Positions 50,101 through 59,677 of a DNA stretch of 64,000 nucleotides are shown here, in pieces. Origin of the DNA: Anaeromyxobacteraceae bacterium (GTDB taxonomy: Bacteria; Myxococcota; Myxococcia; Myxococcales; Anaeromyxobacteraceae); NCBI GenBank assembly GCA_047602405.1, contig JASGHJ010000001.1, forward strand, positions 1,856,001-1,920,000, given 5' to 3'. Position 1 is the first letter of the stretch, and each line of letters starts with the position of its first letter. The notes below the pieces were generated by a model. It was not told the origin of the DNA. It ran no database searches and worked only from the letters and a program-made list of their open reading frames with translations. A program made the translations under genes and the position numbers.

Positions 50101-50378
50101 GCGCCGCGGCGGACCGGGGTCGAGAAGATGACCTCCTCGAGGCGGTGCTCGCGGTCGCGGAGGATGGCGCCCGACACGAGGACGCCGAGCGGGAACACCG
50201 TGGCGAGCGTGAGCAGGCCCGTGATCTCCGCGACGAGGTAGGGCGAGTTCGCGTGGGCGTCGCCGCCCCCGAGGCCCGCGGTCAGCGCGAACCCGAAGAG
50301 GGCGAAGAGCGCCGCGGCAGCGGCGAGCGCCGGCTGCCGGAGCTGGGTGCGGAGCTCGAAGAGGAGGAGGGATCCCAG
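47187..50378 (-). CDS. ABC-2-type permease fused to M1-family metallopeptidase
   Basis: Two permease halves (RDRE...EE.IFSTP, ER...VE.I..A.P); HEVAHQWWG...EG HEXXH-E; probable CTG start at 50378. Confidence 0.85.
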   Translation of the reverse strand: MGSLLLFELRTQLRQPALAAAAALFALFGFALTAGLGGGDAHANSPYLVAEITGLLTLATVFPLGVLVSGAILRDREHRLEEVIFSTPVRRGAFLGSRFAGALLAALAVLSAGVAGMVAAPLSGAIPLDRLGAPGVGPYLWALAVLALPGVLVAAAALFAVGALTRSAAACHVTSVALYVLYFVAATLTSSPVMAASSPGAGPDRLAALLDPVGLSAFFEATRHFTLAERNGRLPPLAGALLANRLLWVAVSAAVLGATAWRHPFRLLEPGGRLRREPESGPVPTPPVRRGSPPRPRWIASLASSTALEARLALRGFPFPLLVGCFLVYLVPELWPAVTRGEYGSGFLPLAGLLAPRLDEPLTVLGTVAVLLWASEIFWRERTVGVEGIVHAAPVPGEVILLAKVGALAALASALALAGAATVLATQVLFRAPAFQPGVTLALAAGGAAELVLLAAGCAAVHVLAPARHVGLLLTLPLAALLLRADLLGVEHPLLRPGSLPRLRWSDLAGFGATLPDLALRGAYGAAVLGLLLAGAGLLVRRGARPARATRGLLAAAAALALVAVAAGVRLHAGLAAQGGHRTRAEVSAGKAAYERTYGAVADAPQPRIETIEARLELEPGAGRYRSRGTLRLVNDGARPIASVHVTVRREARVVSLALDRAGPPAADARHGVFTFSLDPPLAPGERTALAFDLEHPPGDPSDADVVANGSLVFGHRAFPGVGYRGSYELVEPRERRAAGLPERGRARAIPGDGDGAPVSPWVNLDLTVSTDLDQVAVAPGRLEQAWTEGGRALSRWRTDRPVHGALAVTSARYEVTRARHGEVEVELYAHPGHPWNRAAILEAARGALEVLQARFGPYPHAALRLVEVPSTWDFGGYAMPGVVLLGEHRVFAVNGRREQPIDLVVRRVAHEVAHQWWGHEVAPAAGPGAALLVEGVTKYAEARVLEALRGPEQVRSLRAFELERYLRRRGGSEEAPLVEITGDVPHLYYSKALVAFEALRERLGPDRLDGVLAAFAAAHRGPGGRATARELHARLRAAAPEADRAFVDAWLAEVREPEAVGR

Positions 50379-50482
50379 GCGCGGCCTCCGCGGTCGCCGG
50401 AACTACGGAGGGCCGCAGCCGGTATTTCGAGGCCCGGCCCCCGGGGCGGACGCGAGCCGGGCAGGGGGCTCGCCGGGCGGGC

Positions 50483-53400
50483 TCACGGCGGCCGGCCGCA
50501 CCAGTAGCGCTCGACCGCGGACGGCGTCGCCGGCACCGCCACGAAGAAGCCGGCGGGGGTGGCCCCGCCGACCGGGTGCCCGGGCGCGGTGGGCTGGGCG
50601 TGGCAGCCGATGCAGGACGCGAGGGTGTTGCCCGCGAACGAGATCGTGGAGTGGTTGATCCCGTTCACGGCGAGATACGCCGCGTCGGCGCGCGCCTGGT
50701 CGCACCGGAAGTAGCCGACGTTCACGGTGAACGCCGCGGTCGCGGTCCCCTCGTTGCCCGCGGCGTCGACGACCCGGATGTTGAAGCTCACCGGCGAGCC
50801 CGAGACGGGCTGCAGCGCCGGGGAGGCCGGGTTGTAGGCCGGGAGCGCCGTGCTCGTCGTGTCGACCACGGTGAGGCCGGTGTCGAGGGACGCCTCGTAG
50901 CAGTTCGCGCCGCAGACGTTCGACGGCGTGACCACGAGCGGGGTCGTCCCGCGGCGCAGGCTGATCGACTCCCCGGCGCCGAGGGCGCCCGAGAGGGTGA
51001 ACCGGAAGATCGGGGTCGCGTCGTCGGTGTTGCCGCCGTTCGCGATGAGGTTGCTGGCCGGATTGGTCGCGCCGGCGGGTGCGGTCGTGGGCGCGAAGTC
51101 GCTCCGGACCTGGTTGAGGGTGATGGTCTGGGCCGGCGCGACGGTGTCCACGGTGAGGCTGTACGTGCCGCTCGCCGTGCCGGCGATGGGGCCGGCGAGG
51201 GTGTGCACCGTGTACGCGTGCAGGCCCTGGGTCGCGCCGGAGTCCGTGAACGTGCAGGGCGACGCGCAGGTCGAGAGGGGCGTGCCGGCCTGGGCGCCGT
51301 CGCGCAGCACCTCGACCTGGTAGCCGGCCGGGAGCGCCGCGGCGAGGGTGACCGTGAGCGTGGGCGTCGTGTCCGGGATCGCGCCGCCGGAGGCGACGAC
51401 GGTCCCGTTCGGCCGGGTGGGGCTCCCCGTGCCGGACACCGCCGCGCTCGTGATCGTCGCGTTCGGCAGGCTCGTCGCGAGGATGAGGTTCACCGTGTGC
51501 GTCGGGCTCGCCGCGGCGGTGCCGCCGTTGCCCGCGTCGTCGCGGACGTCCGCGCCGTAGGCATGCGAGCCGAGCGCGACCGCGGCCGGCTCGACGTAGG
51601 ACCAGGTGGTGCCGGCCGGCCGGAGCTTCGCGATCTCGACGCCGTCGCGCGTCAGCCGGAGGTAGTCGGTCGCGGCGAGGGCCGCGGTGAGCGTCCCGTC
51701 GATCCGCGGCGTGACGTCGGTCGAGTACGTGTCCGTGCGGACCGCGAGCGCGCCCGAGTCGTCGTAGATCGTGGAGATCGTCGCCCCCTGGGTGGGCGCG
51801 GTGCCGTCGATGGGATCGGAGACCGACGCGCTCGTGAGCCCGAACACCGCGGCGTTCGCCGCCTGCTCGATCCGGGCGCGGAACGCGTAGGTGCCGTCGG
51901 CGAGCGAGGCGCTCGTGAAGGTCCAGCTCGTGGTCGTGACCGTCCCGTTCCCGACCGCCACGTTGTCCCGGTAGACCTTCACGACCTCGCCCGCGACGAG
52001 CGCGCGCTGGAGCGTGCCGGCGAGCACCGGGGTCCGGACGTTGTTGAGGGCCACCGCGCTGTTCACCGGCGCGACCCCGTCGATCGTCGCGAGCGTGGTC
52101 GCCGCGCCGATGAGCGGCACGGAGGAGGTGTTCACCACCACGCTGCGCGAGGCGCCGGAGGCGGGCCCGAGCTGGCCCGCGGCGTCGAGCACCCGGGCCG
52201 TGTACGCGTAGGTGCCGTTCGCGAGCGAGGTGGGCTCGGCGAAGCCGAAGGTCAGGCCCGAGGCGGCCACCGTGGCCACGGCCACCCCGCCCCGGAGCAC
52301 CTGCACCTGCTCCCCGGCGCCGAGCGCCGCGGAGAGCGTGCCGGACACGAGCGGCGTCGGGTCGGCGGTGGTGGCGCCGTCGGCGAGCGCGCCGTTGAAG
52401 TCGTCGGCGATGCCGGTCACGTTCGCGACCTGCGCGGGCGGGACGGTGTCGACCGTGGCGGACCACGGCCCGGAGAAGTTCCCGAGCACGAGCCCCGCCT
52501 CGACCCGCGCGGTCCACGCGTACGTGCCGTCGGCGAGGCTCGAGTCCGTGAAGCTCCAGGTCGTGCCGGTCGCGGCGGCGGCGCCGGCGTCGACGCCGTT
52601 GCGGCGGATGCGCAGCGCGTAGCCCGGCTGCAGCGCCGCCGTGAGGGTGCCGGACACGACCAGCGTCCTCGAGGTGGTCGAGGCGCCGCTCGCGAGCGGC
52701 GCCCCCCCGGCGGTCACATGGGTGATCGAGGCCCCCGGGAGCGCCCCGACGGCCGTGTACGTCGCGGCGGGCGAGCTCGCGCCGACGTTGCCGGCGAGGT
52801 CGATCACCCGCGCCGCGTACGCGTGGGCCGCGAGGGTGAGCGCCGCGGCCTCGGCGTAGGTCCAGCCGGTGCCGCTGACGGTCGCGCTCCCCACGAGGCT
52901 CCCGTCGCGCAGCACCTGCAGCGCCTCGTCCGCGGCGAGGCCCGCGGTGAGCGTACCGTTCACGACGGGCGTCGTGTCGGTCCCGAAGCCGCCCGGCGTC
53001 ACCGCGCCGAGGAGGTCGTCCTGGAAGCCGGTGATGGCGGCGAGCTGGGCGGGCGGGGTCGCGTCGATGCTGAAGGTGAAGCCGTTCGAGGTGGCGCCGA
53101 AGTCGACGCCGGAGACGACCCGCGCCGTGTACGTGAACGTGCCGTCTGCCGGGGCGGCGTCGGTGAACGTCCAGGCCGTGCCGGTCGCGTTCGCCGTGCC
53201 GGCGACGGCGCCGCTCCGGGAGACCTCGAGCGATTCGCCGGAGTCGAGCGGCGCCGAGAGCGACCCGTAGATCACCGGCGCGCGGGTCGCGACGAGGCCG
53301 CCGGGCGGGATGGGCAGCGCTGCGGCGTCGGTGGCGCCGGTCACCGTCGCGGTCGTCTCGAGCGTGGGGAGCAGCCCCGAGCTCGGCTGCGCGCAGGTGG

Positions 53401-55921
53401 GGACCATCGTGTTGAGCGGGCGCGCGAGCACCGACTGGTGGCAGGTGGCGCACACCGTCCCGGGCGGTGTGAACGTGTGGCGCGGCGGGATGGTGCAGGG
53501 ATCGGTGATGAGCGGCGGATCGACGAAGCCGCGCGGAACGAGGCCCGCCGGTGGCGCGCAGCTGGGCCACGCACCCGAGGCCTGGAACGGCTGCTTCCCG
53601 TCCGGGGTCGTGATCGGGTAGTCGATGCGCGCCGGGTTGTGGCACTGCACGCAGACCGTCTCGGCGCGGATGAGGTAGCCGAGCGGCCCCTCGTGGATGC
53701 CCGGCGGGATCTGGCACGCGGGCAGCCCGGTCGTGCTGGGCGCGAGCGCCTGGTACTCGACGAGCGGCCGGTCGAGGTACTGGTGGCACGCGATGCAGTC
53801 GACGCGCGGCCCCTGGCCCTGGGGCCGGTGCTGGCTCGCAGGGTTCGCGGGATCGAACGCCTCGGCGACGCGGCCGCGGACCTTCCAGTAGCCGCCCGCG
53901 TAGTCGACGCCGAGCCCGGTGAGCCGGTCGAACGCGCGCAGGCCGTAGCCGATGTAGCCGCCGGGGAGGAGGTCGCGGAGCGGCGGGAGCCCGAGGACGC
54001 GCACCGGGGTGAGATCCCTGAGGACCATGCCCGCGGTCATGTCGAAGTGCACGCCCCACGCCCAGACCTGGCCGTCGTCGAGCAGCGCCGCGAACACGGC
54101 CTGCTCGGTGAGGAGCTTGCGGATGCCCACGCCCGCCGGGAACCCGGTGATCTGCGTGGGCACGAGGTTGCCGCCGGTGTACGGCAGCGAGGGATCGTGG
54201 GCCACGAAGGCCGGATCGGGCGCGGGGAAGCTGCCCCACTGCCACACCGTCCCGTCGGCCTTCACGACCGCGACGTCGAGGTCGCGCGCCGCGAGCTGCG
54301 TGACGCCCGCGAGCCCGGGGACCTTCGCCGGCGAGGTGGAGCGCCCGTTCCGCAGGCCGTCGCCGAGCAGGCCGTAGCCGGCCTCCGAGCCCCACGCCCA
54401 GACGGTGCCGTCCGCGAGCAGCGCGTAGCTCGCGACCGTCGTCGCGCCGACCGTGAGCGCCTTCGCGGGCAGCGTCACCTGGAGCGGCGTCGTCGAGCGG
54501 CGCAGCTCGGCCCCGGTCTTGCCCTGGCCGAGCTGGCCGTAGGCGTTGTCGCCCCACGCCCAGACGGTGCCGTCGGCGAGCCGCGCGACCGTGTGCGCGA
54601 ACCCGCCCGCCGCGAAGGTGAGCGTCGCGCCGGCGGGGAGCGTCGTGAGCTCGATGCCCGAGCCGCCGGTGGAGGACCGGTTGCCGAGCCCGAGCTCGCC
54701 GTTCACGTTGTCGCCGAGCGCGTAGATCCTGGGCGTGCCGCTCGCCGCGTCCGCCTTGAAGTACCCGCCGCCGTGCCCCATGTTCGCGAAGAGCCCCGCG
54801 GTGCGGGTCACGAAGGAGACCTTCTGGTCGGTGTTGCCCGGCTGCTTGCCGAGGGCGTTGCCCGCCACCCAGCCGGCGACCGTCGAGTACGCCTGGCCGC
54901 CGCTCGTGACCGAGCCGTCGAAGAGGTAGCCCTGGTAGCGCGTGTTGCCGAAGCTCACCAGCGGCGGGAGCTTCTGGGTGACCTCGGCCTTGCCGTAGCG
55001 CTCCACCTGCTGCGCGAGGCCGGAGACGAGCTCGGTGCCGAAGGCGCCGGGCTCGTAGGCGCGCCGGTCGGCGGGCGCGGCGGGGAGGGTGCCGTTCAGG
55101 CCGTCGAGGCGCCCGTCCTTCAGGTCCTCCGCGAGCTCGTCGGTGGCGTCGAGGCCGGGCGAGGTGGACGCGCCGTTCGCGCGCTGGGCGAGCTTCGTGA
55201 GGGCGCCCTCCACGAGCGCATAGCGGCCGCGGGCGTCCGAGCCGAGGCTGCCGGCCGCGTTCTTCGCGTTCCGCTGGCCCGGCAGGCGGGTCAGATCGTC
55301 GAGCTGCAGCGAGGCCGGAAGGAAGGCGTTCAGGACGCCCCGGACGCGGTCGTTCGCGGCCTGGAGCTGCGCCGCCGTGGGCACGCCGTCGACGCGCTCG
55401 GGTGTCGAGCCGGCGGTGAGGACCTGGTGGGCCGCCTCGGTGAACGCGGTGACGCCGACGTTGCGGCGCAGGATCGGCACCCACGCGTGGAGCACGCGGC
55501 CCTCGGGGAACGGCACCGCCGCGTCGAGGCCCTCGTCGTGGATCGTCGCGCTGGCGGTGCCCTTCACGACGACGTGCAGCCAGCCGGTGTAGGTCGGCGA
55601 GGGCTTCGCCGTCACGAGGCCGGTGGTCGCGTCGGTGGGCGCGCTGCCGAGGAGCTCGCCGTCGGCGAGCCACGCCTCCACGGTCGCGCCGAAGAACTTG
55701 CCGCCGATCGCGATCCCGCCCTGGCCGTCGGCGCCGGTGCCGACGCCGTTCACGCCACCGTCCGCGAGGTCCCAGTCGAGGTCGCCGGTGAAGCCGGTGG
55801 AGAGGAGGTTCTTCGCCTGCGGCGGCGGGGAGCCGTCCGGCGCCGGGTCGAGCTTCACGGTGCAGCTGGCCACGGCCAGCGGCATCGCGGCCAGGAGGGC
55901 GAGGCGGGTCGGTGCGCGCAT
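50483..55921 (-). CDS. large surface lipoprotein: RCC1 repeats, 3 CXXCH, 8 Ig-like repeats, terminal CXXCH
   Basis: Lipobox VASC; DGTVWAWGDN.YGQLG repeats; CIACH, CVQCH, CATCH, CIGCH; TP...GTL..W..T..LADGTY repeats. Confidence 0.85.
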   Translation of the reverse strand: MRAPTRLALLAAMPLAVASCTVKLDPAPDGSPPPQAKNLLSTGFTGDLDWDLADGGVNGVGTGADGQGGIAIGGKFFGATVEAWLADGELLGSAPTDATTGLVTAKPSPTYTGWLHVVVKGTASATIHDEGLDAAVPFPEGRVLHAWVPILRRNVGVTAFTEAAHQVLTAGSTPERVDGVPTAAQLQAANDRVRGVLNAFLPASLQLDDLTRLPGQRNAKNAAGSLGSDARGRYALVEGALTKLAQRANGASTSPGLDATDELAEDLKDGRLDGLNGTLPAAPADRRAYEPGAFGTELVSGLAQQVERYGKAEVTQKLPPLVSFGNTRYQGYLFDGSVTSGGQAYSTVAGWVAGNALGKQPGNTDQKVSFVTRTAGLFANMGHGGGYFKADAASGTPRIYALGDNVNGELGLGNRSSTGGSGIELTTLPAGATLTFAAGGFAHTVARLADGTVWAWGDNAYGQLGQGKTGAELRRSTTPLQVTLPAKALTVGATTVASYALLADGTVWAWGSEAGYGLLGDGLRNGRSTSPAKVPGLAGVTQLAARDLDVAVVKADGTVWQWGSFPAPDPAFVAHDPSLPYTGGNLVPTQITGFPAGVGIRKLLTEQAVFAALLDDGQVWAWGVHFDMTAGMVLRDLTPVRVLGLPPLRDLLPGGYIGYGLRAFDRLTGLGVDYAGGYWKVRGRVAEAFDPANPASQHRPQGQGPRVDCIACHQYLDRPLVEYQALAPSTTGLPACQIPPGIHEGPLGYLIRAETVCVQCHNPARIDYPITTPDGKQPFQASGAWPSCAPPAGLVPRGFVDPPLITDPCTIPPRHTFTPPGTVCATCHQSVLARPLNTMVPTCAQPSSGLLPTLETTATVTGATDAAALPIPPGGLVATRAPVIYGSLSAPLDSGESLEVSRSGAVAGTANATGTAWTFTDAAPADGTFTYTARVVSGVDFGATSNGFTFSIDATPPAQLAAITGFQDDLLGAVTPGGFGTDTTPVVNGTLTAGLAADEALQVLRDGSLVGSATVSGTGWTYAEAAALTLAAHAYAARVIDLAGNVGASSPAATYTAVGALPGASITHVTAGGAPLASGASTTSRTLVVSGTLTAALQPGYALRIRRNGVDAGAAAATGTTWSFTDSSLADGTYAWTARVEAGLVLGNFSGPWSATVDTVPPAQVANVTGIADDFNGALADGATTADPTPLVSGTLSAALGAGEQVQVLRGGVAVATVAASGLTFGFAEPTSLANGTYAYTARVLDAAGQLGPASGASRSVVVNTSSVPLIGAATTLATIDGVAPVNSAVALNNVRTPVLAGTLQRALVAGEVVKVYRDNVAVGNGTVTTTSWTFTSASLADGTYAFRARIEQAANAAVFGLTSASVSDPIDGTAPTQGATISTIYDDSGALAVRTDTYSTDVTPRIDGTLTAALAATDYLRLTRDGVEIAKLRPAGTTWSYVEPAAVALGSHAYGADVRDDAGNGGTAAASPTHTVNLILATSLPNATITSAAVSGTGSPTRPNGTVVASGGAIPDTTPTLTVTLAAALPAGYQVEVLRDGAQAGTPLSTCASPCTFTDSGATQGLHAYTVHTLAGPIAGTASGTYSLTVDTVAPAQTITLNQVRSDFAPTTAPAGATNPASNLIANGGNTDDATPIFRFTLSGALGAGESISLRRGTTPLVVTPSNVCGANCYEASLDTGLTVVDTTSTALPAYNPASPALQPVSGSPVSFNIRVVDAAGNEGTATAAFTVNVGYFRCDQARADAAYLAVNGINHSTISFAGNTLASCIGCHAQPTAPGHPVGGATPAGFFVAVPATPSAVERYWCGRPP

Positions 55922-56104
55922 GGATGTCGGTTCCCCCACCGGGGAAACGGCCCCCGGGCCGGCCGCCGGGCGGGCGTCCGTACCAGGGTGTCCGATGTAA
56001 GCGAGGCGTTTCGCCGCACTCGAGCCATCGGGGGGTCCCGTGAGGGAGTGAACCCCGTACGGGGCCCGCAGGGAGGGCGCGATCCGCCCGCCCCCGGGGT
56101 CCGG

Positions 56105-56148
56105 TCACTCAGTTCAGTCTTGACTGAACCGAGTGAACTCTCTAGACC
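56105..56148 (+). promoter_or_regulatory. palindromic operator overlapping a sigma70-type promoter
   Basis: TCACTCAGTTCAGTC TT GACTGAACCGAGTGA; -35 TTGACT (56120), 17 bp, -10 TAGACC (56143). Confidence 0.75.
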
Positions 56149-56155
56149 GGGGCAC

Positions 56156-56734
56156 GTGACCGAGCACGAGCGCCACCTCCGCGAGTGGGTCGAGGAGCTC
56201 GCCGCGCAGCTGGAGGGCGACGGCCTGCCGCGCATGGGCGGGCGGATCTTCGCGTGGCTCCTCGTGTGCGAGCCGGCGGAGCAGTCGATGGAGGCGCTCG
56301 CCCGCGCGCTCGGGGGCTCGAAGGCCTCCATGAGCACGATGACCCGCCTCCTCGTGGGCGCGGGCTTCGTCGAGCGCGTTCGCCGGCCCTTCGAGCGGCG
56401 CGACGTGTTCCGGGTGCCGGAGGGCCAGTGGGGCCGGTTCTGGCAGGCGCAGATGGCCCGGCTCCACCAGGTCACGCAGATCCTGACCCGCGGCGCCGGG
56501 CTCGTCGCCGCCCGGCCCGCGCCGGTCCGCCGCCGTGTCGAGGACACGCTCGAGCAGTACCGGTTCCTCGAGGGCGAGCTCGAGCTGCTCGCGCAGCGCT
56601 GGCGGGAGCGCTTCCTCGCGGCTGAGCTCCGCGCCGCCGCCGGCGCGCCGGCCGGGGCGCCGCGGGATGGGGCGACCCCACGCCGCACCGGCAAGCCGCG
56701 CGCCGGTCGACCGCGGCCGCGGCCCCGCGCCTAG
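56156..56734 (+). CDS. GbsR/MarR-family transcriptional regulator
   Basis: GLPRMGGRIFAWLLVCEP..QS..LA..L..SKAS.STMTR.L...G.VER. Confidence 0.85.
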   Translation: MTEHERHLREWVEELAAQLEGDGLPRMGGRIFAWLLVCEPAEQSMEALARALGGSKASMSTMTRLLVGAGFVERVRRPFERRDVFRVPEGQWGRFWQAQMARLHQVTQILTRGAGLVAARPAPVRRRVEDTLEQYRFLEGELELLAQRWRERFLAAELRAAAGAPAGAPRDGATPRRTGKPRAGRPRPRPRA

Positions 56735-56786
56735 CATCCGCACCACACCCTCAGCGAAGCCCCAGCACGCAGCACCCGGAGCCCAA

Positions 56787-57487
<701 letters not shown>

Positions 57488-57491
<4 letters not shown>

Positions 57492-59677
57492 CGCCGAAGA
57501 GGGACAGCATCCGCATCCTCCTCACGATCGCCTTCCGGAACCTGCTCGCCTCGCCGGTCCGGACCGCGATCCTGGGTGGGATCATCCTGCTCGGCTCGCT
57601 CATCGTGGTGGTGGGCACGTCCGTGCTCGACTCCATCGATCGCGGCATGCGCACGAGCATCCAGGGCAGCCTCGGCGGCCAGCTCCAGCTCTACGACGGC
57701 CGCTCGGAGGACCAGCTCGCGCTCTACGGCGGCATGACCGGCGAGTCGCGCCTCGAGCCGATCGAGGACTTCTCGGTCGTGAAGGCGGCCCTCGAGAAGG
57801 TCCCCGGCGTGAAGCAGATCGTGCCGATGGGCATCGACCAGGCGATGGTCGCGACCGGCAACGCCTTCGACCTCGCCCTCGAGCGGCTGCGCAACGACGT
57901 GCGGCGCCTGGAGGCCGGCGAGCGGGGCCCGGAGCTCGAGCGTTCCTACACGGCGCACGTCGCGCACGTGAAGCGGATGATCGAGCTCCTCGCGGCGGAC
58001 TACGCGCAGGCGGCGGTCATCGTCGACCTCGACTCGAAGGAGGGCGCCGAGCGCCGCGCCGAGGCGAAGAGCCTGACCCGCGTGCGGGAGCCGGAGTTCT
58101 GGGAGGGCCTCGACCGCGACCGCTACGCCCGGCTCGAGTTCCTCGAGAACAAGATCGCGCCGCTCGTGATGGACGGCGGGTTCACCTTCCTGCGCTACGT
58201 GGGGACCGACCCGAAGGCGTTCTTCGAGGCGTTCCCCCTCGCCGAGGTCTCGAAGGGCCAGATGATCCCGGAGGGCAAGCGCGGCATCCTCGTCGGCGAG
58301 CAGTACGCCGACGAGTGGCTGAAGCTCAAGAACGCCCGCCGGCTCGACCAGATCCGCGACCGGCGGCGGGACCGCGGCAAGAAGATCGCCGACGACGAGG
58401 AGCTGCAGCGCTGGGTGCGCGAGAACCGGAGCGGGATCCGCGAGATCCAGCTCCAGCTCGACCCGGTGCGCGCCGAGGAGGTGGCGGCGGCCCTCAGGCC
58501 GGCGCTCGGCGGCGAGGGCGACGACCTCGAGAAGCTCCTCCAGAAGCTCTTCGCCACCACCGACCAGGACTTCGACCAGAAGTACAAGCTCTTCTACGAC
58601 GTGGTCGCGCCGAGGATCCGGCTCTACCAGGTGAACGTCGGCGAGACGATCACCATCAAGGCCCCGTCGAAGAGCGGCTACTTCAGCTCGATCAACGTGA
58701 AGGTCTACGGCTTCCTGCGCTTCAAGGGCATCGAGAAGTCGGGCATCGCCGGGATGATGTCGGTGATGGACATCCACTCCTTCCGCGACCTCTACGGCTA
58801 CCTCACGCCGGAGAAGCAGGAGGAGATCGCGGCGATGAAGGCGAAGCTCGGCGCGCGCGAGGTCTCGCGCGAGGACGCCGAGGCCGCGCTCTTCGGCGGC
58901 GGGGCCGCGCCGGCGGTGGAGGCGGAGGCGCGCTCGACCACCATCGACGACGCGAAGCTCGTGGCCGGGGCGGGGAGGGCGAACGCCCAGGCCGCGGCGT
59001 CCGCCGACCGCGTCTACACGGCGGCCGAGGTCGAGAAGGGCGTCGCGCTCAACGCGGCCGTCATCCTGAAGGACCCGGCCCACATGGCCGAGGCCCGCGA
59101 CGACATCGAGCAGGCCCTCGCCGCCGCGGGCCTGGGCTACCACGAGGAGAAGGACGCGAAGGGCGAGGTGGTCTCGAAGGCGGGCGTGAAGGTGCTCGAC
59201 TGGCAGACCGCCTCGGGCATCGTCGGCCAGTTCGTGACCCTGCTCCGGGTGGTGCTCTTCACCGCGGTCCTCATCTTCTTCGCCATCGCGCTCGTCATCA
59301 TCAACAACGCGATGGTCATGGCGACGCTCCAGCGCGTGAAGGAGATCGGCACCATGCGCGCCGTCGGCACGCAGCGGCGCTTCGTGGTGGTCATGCTGCT
59401 CGTCGAGATCGTGTCGGTGGGGCTCGTCTTCGGCCTCGGCGGCGCGGTGCTCGGCGGCGTGGTGGTGGGGCTCATCCGGCTCGCGGGCGGCATCCCCGCC
59501 ACCACCGACATGCTCTACTTCGTCTTCTCCGGCCCGGCGCTCTTCCCGCGCCTCGGCGCGCTCGCGGTGGGGACCTCGCTCACCATCGTGCTGCTCGTCG
59601 CGATCCTCTCCGCCCTCTATCCGGCGCTGCTCGCCATGAAGGTCTCGCCCGTCGAGGCGATGGCCACGGAGGAATGA
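57488..59677 (+). CDS. FtsX/MacB-type ABC permease with large periplasmic domain
   Basis: AFRNL, R.KEIGTMRA.G, C-terminal A...SPVEAM. Confidence 0.9.

Noticed and set aside
55922..56104. c-di-GMP/cGAMP (GEMM) riboswitch upstream of the giant cytochrome
   Set aside because: The conserved GCAAA-stem-GGGACGCAAAGC pattern is not present on either strand.
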